Position numbers and translations under genes: made by a program. The notes under the pieces were generated by a model that saw only the letters and a program-made list of their open reading frames with translations, ran no database searches and was not told where the DNA came from. Shown piece by piece: positions 28,211 through 36,808 of a stretch of DNA of 57,054 bases (its first letter is position 1; each line of letters begins with the position of its first letter). The stretch spans positions 1-57,054 of the forward strand of contig CALHCC010000042.1 in the NCBI GenBank assembly GCA_937930675.1, in the 5' to 3' direction. Source of the stretch: an uncultured Flavobacteriaceae bacterium (GTDB lineage Bacteria; Bacteroidota; Bacteroidia; Flavobacteriales; Flavobacteriaceae).

Positions 28211-28594
28211 ATGAAATCCACCAATACAATTTTATTCTTCTGTACACTATTTACTTTCTTTAATGTAGCTGCCCAAGAAAAAAGTATAGAAGAAATGACT
28301 TTAGAAGAATTTAAAGCAGCATTTAAAAAATCAAAACCTCACCACGATATAAAATCTGAAAAAGAAATACTCTCAGAAAAAAGATTCGGTTGGATTGATA
28401 CTAATAAAAATGGAATTATAGAAAAAGAAGAGTCTATAAAATATTTTAAAGGTAGGGTAGATAAAAATGGATTAGCCAAAGATGGTGTTCAATTCTTTTA
28501 CGGATATGATCACAACAATAATAATAGAGTAACACTTTCAGAGTTTAAAAAAGGATTAGATTGGAATAAAATGAATGCCAAATTTAAAAACTAA
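28211..28594 (+). CDS. Secreted EF-hand protein
   Basis: Signal peptide (VAA|Q) and EF-hand loops DTNKNGIIEKEE and DHNNNNRVTLSE. Confidence 0.8.
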   Translation: MKSTNTILFFCTLFTFFNVAAQEKSIEEMTLEEFKAAFKKSKPHHDIKSEKEILSEKRFGWIDTNKNGIIEKEESIKYFKGRVDKNGLAKDGVQFFYGYDHNNNNRVTLSEFKKGLDWNKMNAKFKN

Positions 28595-28635
28595 AATTCA
28601 ATTTTCTTTATTAAGCCCCTTTCAAATACTACCCT

Positions 28636-29481
28636 ATGAATTTTAATTACTCCAAACCTTCAGACAAAGGCTCATTAATTTTAACAGATTTTAATTGTGC
28701 TTCTTTTGAAAAAAGATTAGGTATAGGAGAATACTATAAAATTATTTGGGCAAAAGATAATGATTTAAAACTTACAATAGATAGTTGTTCTATTCATCTA
28801 AAAAAAAATCATGTGTTATTTTGTACTCCATTTAACATTATTTTTATAGAACCATATTTAAAAGGTGCTATTTCTATTATTTTTAATAGAGAATTTTATT
28901 GCATTAGAGATCATGATCATGAAGTATCGTGTAATGGTTTTTTGTTTTTAGGATCTTCTACTCCTGCTATGGTAGAGCTTACCCCCAAAGAACAAGATAG
29001 TTTTGAATTGTTATTTCGTTTTTTTGAAGAAGAATTTGAAACAAAAGATCATATTCAAGGAGAAATGTTGATGGTATTGCTTAAAAGATTGTTAATAAAA
29101 TCAGTACGACTTTTAAAAAGTACAATTGTGGATCCTGCATTGGAAAAACCTAAAATGGATATTATTAGACAATATAACTTGTTGGTAGAAGCTCATTATA
29201 AAGAGAAACATAAAGTTACAGATTATGCTAAATTACTAAATAAATCTCCAAAAACACTTTCCAATTTATTTACAAAATTTAACAACAAAACTCCTTTACA
29301 AGTAATTAATCAACGTATTGTTTTGGAAGCTAAAAAATTACTTATTTCTTCAGAAAAAACAATTAAAGAGATTGCTTACGAATTAGGGTTTATAGAGGCT
29401 TCTCACTTTTCTAAATTTTTTAAAACTCAAGAAGGAATATCTCCCACTTGTTTTAAGAAAAAAATTCTAAACATTTATTAA
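28636..29481 (+). CDS. AraC-family regulator
   Basis: KTIKEIAYELGF..SHFSKFFK...G.SP HTH, with YCIRDHDHEVSC in the N-domain. Confidence 0.93.
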   Translation: MNFNYSKPSDKGSLILTDFNCASFEKRLGIGEYYKIIWAKDNDLKLTIDSCSIHLKKNHVLFCTPFNIIFIEPYLKGAISIIFNREFYCIRDHDHEVSCNGFLFLGSSTPAMVELTPKEQDSFELLFRFFEEEFETKDHIQGEMLMVLLKRLLIKSVRLLKSTIVDPALEKPKMDIIRQYNLLVEAHYKEKHKVTDYAKLLNKSPKTLSNLFTKFNNKTPLQVINQRIVLEAKKLLISSEKTIKEIAYELGFIEASHFSKFFKTQEGISPTCFKKKILNIY

Positions 29482-29593
29482 TCTATTTTTCTTAAGATTT
29501 AAATACTTTAAGAAAAACATACATTCTTTAAGGTAAAATATTCATCTTTTAAAGATAAAGTCACGCTTATGTTTGTTTATAAATATAAGTAAT

Positions 29594-30412
29594 ATGTCTT
29601 TAGAAATAGGAACACTACACCATTATCCTTATATATGTGTTAAGGAGTATAAAACAACTGCATTAAATCTTGAAACAAACACATCTACAAGTTTTATTTT
29701 AAATACAAAATCAAATTTAAAATTCGATTTTGATGGAGAAGAAATATTAGTTCTTAGAAAAACAATTCTATTTTTAGATGAAGGATGTTCTTTTAAATGT
29801 CTAAATGATGAATGTACTAGTTTTAAAATGTACAATTTTAATACTAATATATTTACATCGTCTTTAACTTTTGCTCTTGGTTTTATTAATAGAGAAGTAA
29901 AAAAGAGTTCAAAAAAGTATTTACTTCTTTCTCTAAGAGATGAAGAATTAGATTTGATTGAGAAAAACTTTGTAGAGTTTGAGAGATTACTTTTACAAAA
30001 ACAAGAAATATGTATTCATAAATTAAAAGATTTAATGTGTACTGCCTTAAATCCTTTGTTCGCTCAAAAGTTTAGCAATGATTTTAAATATATTAATTCA
30101 TTTAATGAGCTATTAAATACGCAATTTAATGTTTCTCATAATGTATCAAATTATGCTTTAAGTTTAGGCATGGATGCTAAAAATTTATTACGATTGTTTC
30201 AGAAAGACGGTTTTATAAACCCTAGTATCATTATCAAAAAAAAGCTGATTTATGAGAGTAAAAAACGAATCATTTATTCAAGTAAAAGTATTCGGGATAT
30301 TTGTTTTGAAATGGGGTTTTCAGACCCTACTTATTTTTCCCGTTTTTTTAAGAAAAACGTAGGAGTTACTGCCAATTATTTTAGAAAATCACTTAACAGT
30401 CCATCTTCTTAA
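29594..30412 (+). CDS. AraC-family regulator
   Basis: KSIRDICFEMGFSDPTYFSRFFKKNVG HTH. ATG 29594 preferred. Confidence 0.9.
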   Translation: MSLEIGTLHHYPYICVKEYKTTALNLETNTSTSFILNTKSNLKFDFDGEEILVLRKTILFLDEGCSFKCLNDECTSFKMYNFNTNIFTSSLTFALGFINREVKKSSKKYLLLSLRDEELDLIEKNFVEFERLLLQKQEICIHKLKDLMCTALNPLFAQKFSNDFKYINSFNELLNTQFNVSHNVSNYALSLGMDAKNLLRLFQKDGFINPSIIIKKKLIYESKKRIIYSSKSIRDICFEMGFSDPTYFSRFFKKNVGVTANYFRKSLNSPSS

Positions 30413-30528
30413 TTCGGAAAAAAGTGCCATAAAAAAGAAAATAAATCTACTAGTTTTACAAGCGATTTAAACAGTTTTTAAATTAACAAAAAACAAACAA
30501 AAATTAAATAGTAACTAAAAAAAACAGT

Positions 30529-31641
30529 ATGGAATTTAAACGTAAACTTAACATTTTCACACTCATCGCAGCTGTGTTGTTGGTTTTAACATCGTGTAAA
30601 GACAGTAAAGAGACGTATCAAGAAAAATCATTCTTTACGATTAATCAAGAAGGAGCTTTAGAAAGACCTAAAGATTATAGAACTTGGATCTATGTAGGTA
30701 CTCCTGTGACTCCTAATGATATGAATAATGGAAAAGCTGCTTTTCCTGAGCTTCATAATGTGTATATAGATCCTGTAAGTTATCAATTTTGGAAGAAAAC
30801 AGGGACTTGGAAAGATGGTACTATTTTAATTAAAGAATTGGTAAGTGTAGGTAGTAAAGCAGCAGTTAGTGGAAACGGTTATTTTATGGGAGAATTTATT
30901 GGTTTAGAGGCAACTATAAAAAGTTCTAAACATTTTCCTAACGAACCTGGAAACTGGGCTTATTTTAGTTTTACAAATCCTAAAGGGAATTTAAAAGGAG
31001 TAAGTACAGCTTTTAAAACCAATCAGTGTAATGCTTGTCATAATGCAAGTGCTGCAGATGATTTTGTGTTTACACAATACTATCCTGTGTTAGCTGCCGC
31101 AAAAGGTGTTGGAGAAAATATTATTCCTGAGAATGCAAGTAAAAGGATAGCTACAGTTAAAGAAGAGCCTAAAGCTGGTAAATGGGAAGCATCTGTACCA
31201 ACTCCAGAGAACTTAACTTTAGAAATTCCTTTAGGAAAAGAGCAATTATTTAAATATTTAAAGTCGGGTAAATATAAAGCATATACCAATAAAGAAACAG
31301 AATTACATCCATCTTTAGGGCCTCACCAAAAATTAGGACTTCCTGTTCGTGTATACATGAATGATATTATTACTAATTCTCTGAAAAGTAAGAATGAAGA
31401 ACATCCTTTAGGTTCTGTAATTGTTAAAGAAATGTTTACAGCAGATAATAAGCCAAATGGTTGGGCTGTAATGGTGAAAACACACGAAAAAACTGATGGA
31501 GGTAATGGTTGGTTTTGGTATGAAGTTACTGATGACGTAAATCCAAACCATACCGCAGCTATTGGTAATGGTGTTGAAGGATGTGTAGGTTGTCATACTA
31601 TTGGTACTGATATGGTTAGAACAGCATTCCCGTTAAAATAA
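30529..31641 (+). CDS. Two-domain cytochrome P460-family lipoprotein
   Basis: Lipobox LTSC. Domain 1 has P.DYR.W, GTILIKELV, GLEATIK, GNWAYF and CNACH. Domain 2 has GSVIVKEM, VMVK, GWFWY and CVGCH. Confidence 0.88.
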   Translation: MEFKRKLNIFTLIAAVLLVLTSCKDSKETYQEKSFFTINQEGALERPKDYRTWIYVGTPVTPNDMNNGKAAFPELHNVYIDPVSYQFWKKTGTWKDGTILIKELVSVGSKAAVSGNGYFMGEFIGLEATIKSSKHFPNEPGNWAYFSFTNPKGNLKGVSTAFKTNQCNACHNASAADDFVFTQYYPVLAAAKGVGENIIPENASKRIATVKEEPKAGKWEASVPTPENLTLEIPLGKEQLFKYLKSGKYKAYTNKETELHPSLGPHQKLGLPVRVYMNDIITNSLKSKNEEHPLGSVIVKEMFTADNKPNGWAVMVKTHEKTDGGNGWFWYEVTDDVNPNHTAAIGNGVEGCVGCHTIGTDMVRTAFPLK

Positions 31642-31665
31642 TACAAACAAAAAACAAATTAAAAA

Positions 31666-32280
31666 ATGATGAGTAAATTTAAAATTTTAGCAATGTTCGT
31701 GTTAGCAACATTAATGTTAACATCTTGTGGTAAAACAAATAACTACGATAAAAAAAGTTATTTTACGATTGATGAAAGTGGAGCTTTAATAAGACCTACA
31801 GATTATAGAAGTTGGGTATATGTAGGAACTCCATTAACTCCAAATGATATGAATAATGGAAAAGCTGCTTTTCCTGAGTTTCATAACGTGTATATAGATC
31901 CTGTAAGTTACGAGCACTATAAAAAAACCGGAACTTGGAAAGAAGGAACTATTTTGGTAAAAGAATTGGTTAGTGTAGGTAGTAAAGCTGCTGTTAGTGG
32001 AAATGGTTACTTTATGGGAGAATTTATTGGTTTAGAAGCAACTATTAAAAGTTCTAAACATTTTTCTGACGAACCTGGAAATTGGGCATACTTTAGTTTT
32101 ACCAATCCAAAAGGGGGTACATTAGCTGCTACTGGAAAAGCGTTTAAAACCAATCAATGTAATGCATGTCATAATGCAAGTGCTGCAGATGACTTTGTGT
32201 TTACACAACATTATCCTGTTTTAAGAGCTGCAAAAGGAGTAGGAGAAGGAGTGGTTCCTGAAAATACGGCAAAAAGATAA
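31666..32280 (+). CDS. Cytochrome P460-family lipoprotein
   Basis: Lipobox LTSC, then VKELVSVG, SGNGYFMG, GLEA, EPGNWA and C-terminal CNACH...VFTQHYPVL. Confidence 0.92.
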   Translation: MMSKFKILAMFVLATLMLTSCGKTNNYDKKSYFTIDESGALIRPTDYRSWVYVGTPLTPNDMNNGKAAFPEFHNVYIDPVSYEHYKKTGTWKEGTILVKELVSVGSKAAVSGNGYFMGEFIGLEATIKSSKHFSDEPGNWAYFSFTNPKGGTLAATGKAFKTNQCNACHNASAADDFVFTQHYPVLRAAKGVGEGVVPENTAKR

Positions 32281-32373
32281 ATATAAAACTTAGCCTACTT
32301 TCGTAATTAAATATTGTCCAAAAGAAAAATTTTTATAATTTTCTTTTGGACAATATCTTTTAAATCATATGCC

Positions 32374-32853
32374 ATGTTACACAGAATAATTAGAGTCTTC
32401 TATTGTTTTTTCTTTTTAAATTTAACAGCTATTGCACAAGAAGAGCATGAACAGTTTCAAAAGAATCCAGGATTAGAATTAGTAGTTTCAGGATTATCAA
32501 TTTACAATACAGAAACTAATCATAGTGATTATGCTACAGAAATTCATCTGACCTATTGGACAACACATCAGTGGGCTTTTGGTGTAGGTTACACCTTGGT
32601 TTTTGAGGAAGAAAATAACTTAGGAAATGAAATTGCAGCCTTGGTAAGTCATAAACGGTGGAGTTTTTTAACTATAAATGCAGGACCTAGTGTATTACTA
32701 CCTACTTCTCATAATCGCACGGAAATATCTGCATATTTAGAAACTGAATTTGCATTTAAAATTAAGAACATACATATGGGACCTACTATAGGAATACTAG
32801 CAGGAGCAGAATTTAGAAACTTTGGAGGTTGGCATTTTAGTTATGAATTTTAA
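32374..32853 (+). CDS. Putative small outer-membrane beta-barrel protein
   Basis: Signal peptide from ATG 32374 (AIA|QEE), alternating strands rich in Gly and aromatics, C-terminal FSYEF. Confidence 0.6.
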   Translation: MLHRIIRVFYCFFFLNLTAIAQEEHEQFQKNPGLELVVSGLSIYNTETNHSDYATEIHLTYWTTHQWAFGVGYTLVFEEENNLGNEIAALVSHKRWSFLTINAGPSVLLPTSHNRTEISAYLETEFAFKIKNIHMGPTIGILAGAEFRNFGGWHFSYEF

Positions 32854-32864
32854 AAAATAAATAG

Positions 32865-33311
32865 ATGAAATCACTGTTTAAAAAAATAATTGTTTTTGGT
32901 ATTGTTATTTTTATAGGGATACAATTTTATAGACCTCATAAAAACACACAAGAACCCAAAACTTTAGACGATTTTTTGATCTCAGAAAAAGCACCTAAAG
33001 AAGTTAAAGCACTTTTAAAAAAATCTTGTTATGATTGTCATTCTAACAATACCCATTATTATTGGTACGATCACATTGCACCTGTAAGCTGGTTTGTAGA
33101 TAATCATATTAAAGAAGGAAAAGAACACGTAAATTTTTCTAATTGGGCTAATTTATCTAGTCGAGATAAATTGGGGGTTGTTTCTGAAATGGCTGTTAAC
33201 ATTTCAGAAGATAAAATGCCTTTATCTTCATATACAAGTATTCATTCAGATGCAAAACTATCTAGTCAAGATAAAGATATTATTTTAAAATGGTTGTATA
33301 CTATTGAATAG
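32865..33311 (+). CDS. Haem-binding domain c-type cytochrome (Haem_bd-like)
   Basis: N-terminal anchor, SCYDCHSN, WY..IAPVSW, NFSNW and MP..Y...H motifs. Confidence 0.88.
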   Translation: MKSLFKKIIVFGIVIFIGIQFYRPHKNTQEPKTLDDFLISEKAPKEVKALLKKSCYDCHSNNTHYYWYDHIAPVSWFVDNHIKEGKEHVNFSNWANLSSRDKLGVVSEMAVNISEDKMPLSSYTSIHSDAKLSSQDKDIILKWLYTIE

Positions 33312-33341
33312 TTTCTTACATTTAAATCAAACATTTTTTAG

Positions 33342-33737
33342 ATGAATTGGTATTTACCTATTACAATTATTCCTGGTCTTGGGATGTTAATTTTATCTAC
33401 AGTAACGCAAATGCTTAATTTAAGTTCTGAGATTAATGAATTAATTTCTAAAAAGTGTTCGGTTTTTCAACATAAAATATCGGAATTAAAAATTAGGCAA
33501 TTAGGCTTGTTAACTAGAGCCAATGCTCTATTGTATTTGGCTACAGGTAGCTATGTGTTATCAGGTATTTTAGGCTTTGTTTTTAAAGCAGATCATACAT
33601 TTAGCTTCCCAAGTATTATATTGTACTTGGGAACTATTTTAGTTTTTATAGCCTTAAGTTTATTAATTATCTATGCTTTTAGAGCTGTTAGAATAAGAAA
33701 ATACCAGTTTGAAAACAATAAAATGGAAAAACATTAA
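33342..33737 (+). CDS. Small three-TM membrane protein (DUF2721-like)
   Basis: PITIIPGLGMLILST N-terminal helix and two further hydrophobic segments. Confidence 0.75.
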   Translation: MNWYLPITIIPGLGMLILSTVTQMLNLSSEINELISKKCSVFQHKISELKIRQLGLLTRANALLYLATGSYVLSGILGFVFKADHTFSFPSIILYLGTILVFIALSLLIIYAFRAVRIRKYQFENNKMEKH

Positions 33738-33909
33738 ATAACATTTTCTATTTTAAAACATTAGAATGTGTTCTTAAAACTTTATTAAAATACGGGTTAG
33801 TGTTGTTTATACTATACTAAGGATGAATTTTATATATTTGAATTGGATTAAAAATTGTTTTATTTCATTAAAATCTCACAGAATAAATATTTAATTCCTT
33901 TTCCACAAA

Positions 33910-36243
33910 ATGAAAAAACAACACATTCTTTACCTTTTACTATCTCTATTAATATCTATTTCGTCTCTTAATGCTCAAGATTTAAATAAAAAAGCAAAGA
34001 AAAAAATAACAGAATTAGAAAAACTAATATCTAAAGCCAAAAAAAAAGGATTTGATACAACTCGTGAAAAAAACATTGTATGGTTTTCTAAAGAATTCTT
34101 AAAAATTGCAAAATGGGATGAAAACCATGTTCCGTTTATACAAAATTCTTTTGAGAGATTTACTCCGATCAAAGGAGATAAACACGAAATGGCGAAGAAT
34201 CTTCCTATTTTTGAAAGGCAAAAAGTAATAGAAATTTTAAATACAGGAATTAATAATCTTACAAAAGTGATGAATAAAACAATTGTAAGAAGACCTGTTG
34301 CAAAGGTAGATTGGAAAGACATAAAAGTTGAAGAAGATCAACTAATAAGTAATGGGAAACCTGTTTTTTTGTATGATTATTTTTCAAAGTCGCAGGGGAA
34401 TTCTACTTCAAATTCTCGTATTTATAATGACCATTTAGGTAATATTGATCATGTAGGTGGTCTTACTCCTAATTTTTTAAAAGAGGATGGAACATTTTCG
34501 CAAAGAACTTTAGATCGAATAAATAATCATCCGGATACAAAAATTGGATATACATTACTATGGAATACGAGTGTTCCTAAATGGATAAAAAAACAAGAAC
34601 CTGAAGTAACAAAAGGGAGGTGTACTTTTATAGGTTTTGATATCGATAATCCGTTAATTCATGAAGTTTGGAGTGATATCATGCAAAAGGCAGGAGAATT
34701 AACAAAAGGAAAAAAAACAGTTGGATTAGGATATATTTTGGCAAACGAACCTCACTGGTTTTCAGAACAGGGTAGTTGGGCTTATAAGCAAGGAGAGATG
34801 AATTCACTTTCATCATACACGTTAAATAAATTTAAAAAGTGGTTAGATATTAAGTACAAGCATAATATTGAGGAGTTAAATAAGAATTGGAATACCAGTT
34901 TTACTTCTTTTAAAGATATTACTTTTGTATTTCCTGTAAGAAAAAATACTAAAGGAACTCCTTTTAGATACGATTGGGATCGTTTTAATATGGATAGAGT
35001 AGTAGCATGGTTTTCTTTTTTACAAACAGAATTGCACAAAACAAATCCTAAAGGAGATACGCATATAAAACTTCAACCACACTTTTTCTCAGACGATGCT
35101 CGTTCTCACGGAATTGATATAGAAGCTTTAACGGAGTTAACTACGATGATAGGAGATGATGCTAAAACTAGGGAGAGAGATATTCGTCGTAATAAAGTTG
35201 AACCATGGGAAAAATATTATTCTTACCATTGGGAAGAGTTATGTGTTTCTTACGACTTTATGGAATCTGTTTCTCCTAAAAAAATACATGTTAATTCTGA
35301 AACTCATTTTTTATCAAGTGTTGCTTGGCGTAAATTAGACACTTCTCCAGAATACATTAGAAATAATTATTGGTTAGCCACATTATTTGGTATGGATGCT
35401 GGATTATCTTGGTTTTGGGCTAGAGATCCAGATGGGTCTCCAGAAGATAGATTTGAAAACAATAGATATTCAAAAGATAAAGCTTTACATAAGTCTTTTG
35501 CAGCTTCTGTTAATATGCAACCTCAAGTGGCTAACGAACTTACTCAGGTAATGATGGATTTAAATAGTTTTTCTGAAGAAGTAATGGCGTTACGCCGTCA
35601 GAGAAGACCAATACGATTGTTTCATTCTGAAACATCTGCAATTAATAAAAAGCATCATATGTCTGAGCAATATCACCTTTATGAATCCTTATTTTTCGAA
35701 GGTTTCCCTGTGGGATATGTTACTGAGAAAATTCTTAAGAAACAAGACTCAAAACAATGGGATGTAGTACTTGTTTACAAAACAGAGTACGTAACAGATA
35801 CTGAATTTGAAGAATTGCAAAAACATTTAGATCATGGTGGAACTATTATCATAGATAATGAAACGAGTCTTTCAATGAACGAATATGGTCATAAGCGTTT
35901 AAAAAAATTAACGAGTAAAGGAAATTTACATGTTTTAAACACAAATAATCCTAAAGAATTAAAAGAGTTGGCATTAAAGCTTATAGAAAACAAACTTTCT
36001 AACGTTATTTTATCAGAATCAAACGGATTGGATAATAAAGGTTGTGTATGGAGAGTTGTTCCAAACGAAAAAGGAGGTTATCTAATGACCATTATTAACT
36101 TAGGGAAAAACAAAGCACAATTAAATGTATCAACAAAAAATAAAGAGGTTATTAGATGTACTAACATGCTTACAAGAGAATCTCTAGGGACTAACTTTGA
36201 GTTAGATGTACATGGTGTTTTATTACTTGAGGTAGAAAAATAA
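33910..36243 (+). CDS. Secreted clan GH-A glycoside hydrolase (GH42/GH167-like)
   Basis: Signal peptide, LANEPH acid/base, IEELNKNWNTSF.SF, NSE candidate nucleophile and a trimerisation-like C-domain. Promoter TATATTTG at 33833-33840. Confidence 0.75.
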   Translation: MKKQHILYLLLSLLISISSLNAQDLNKKAKKKITELEKLISKAKKKGFDTTREKNIVWFSKEFLKIAKWDENHVPFIQNSFERFTPIKGDKHEMAKNLPIFERQKVIEILNTGINNLTKVMNKTIVRRPVAKVDWKDIKVEEDQLISNGKPVFLYDYFSKSQGNSTSNSRIYNDHLGNIDHVGGLTPNFLKEDGTFSQRTLDRINNHPDTKIGYTLLWNTSVPKWIKKQEPEVTKGRCTFIGFDIDNPLIHEVWSDIMQKAGELTKGKKTVGLGYILANEPHWFSEQGSWAYKQGEMNSLSSYTLNKFKKWLDIKYKHNIEELNKNWNTSFTSFKDITFVFPVRKNTKGTPFRYDWDRFNMDRVVAWFSFLQTELHKTNPKGDTHIKLQPHFFSDDARSHGIDIEALTELTTMIGDDAKTRERDIRRNKVEPWEKYYSYHWEELCVSYDFMESVSPKKIHVNSETHFLSSVAWRKLDTSPEYIRNNYWLATLFGMDAGLSWFWARDPDGSPEDRFENNRYSKDKALHKSFAASVNMQPQVANELTQVMMDLNSFSEEVMALRRQRRPIRLFHSETSAINKKHHMSEQYHLYESLFFEGFPVGYVTEKILKKQDSKQWDVVLVYKTEYVTDTEFEELQKHLDHGGTIIIDNETSLSMNEYGHKRLKKLTSKGNLHVLNTNNPKELKELALKLIENKLSNVILSESNGLDNKGCVWRVVPNEKGGYLMTIINLGKNKAQLNVSTKNKEVIRCTNMLTRESLGTNFELDVHGVLLLEVEK

Positions 36244-36281
36244 TTAATATTTTTAGATTTTAAAACTTTAAATCTTTTTCT

Positions 36282-36322
36282 AAACAGCCTTAAAATCATC
36301 TAATGATTTTAAGGCTGTTTTT
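36282..36322 (+). terminator. Intrinsic terminator
   Basis: aaacagccttaaaatcat / atgattttaaggctgttt. Confidence 0.8.
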
Positions 36323-36459
36323 ACAATTACGCATTTTGTAAATAGGTCATTAAGACTGTCTTTAAAAATATATGAAATACTTTTTACTCAAAAAGACAAT
36401 AAGAGTGAAATGGAATATCTAGTTTAGTTGGTAGGATGAGTTAAGAGAATTTCTTTACA

Positions 36460-36629
36460 TTAGAAATTATGAAAAAACGTTAATCTGATTAAGAATTCTA
36501 AACTAGGAACAGATCTACCTTCTTCGTAAGAACTAATACGAGAACGTGGTACATCCATTTGTTGGGCAAATACTTGTGCGATAACTTTTTTTGCTTGCGT
36601 AAGTAACTAATATTTTTTGCTAAAACCAC
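36460..36629 (-). pseudogene. Frameshifted, truncated XRE-family HTH regulator remnant
   Basis: Reads MVLAKNISYLRKQKKLS, shifts frame near 36575, then VFAQQMDVPRSRISSYEEGRSVPSLEFLIRL and an early stop. Confidence 0.75.
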
Positions 36630-36808
36630 TATTGTTACAAAAGCAAACAGTAAATACTATATTTTGTAGCTTTTTTTCGGATTTGATTATTTGGAGGGAT
36701 TTCCCTTAATACTTAGAAAAAGGATATGATATGCATGTAATGATGTGATCTCCAGTCAAGCTAAAGGTGACATATGTAGTATTTTCGTCATGCTCAGTTT
36801 GATGACTA

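Noticed and set aside
30529-32280. P460 genes as evidence of an ammonia-oxidising organism
   Set aside because: No amo, hao or multihaem c554 genes here, and the surrounding genes are typical of a heterotrophic flavobacterium
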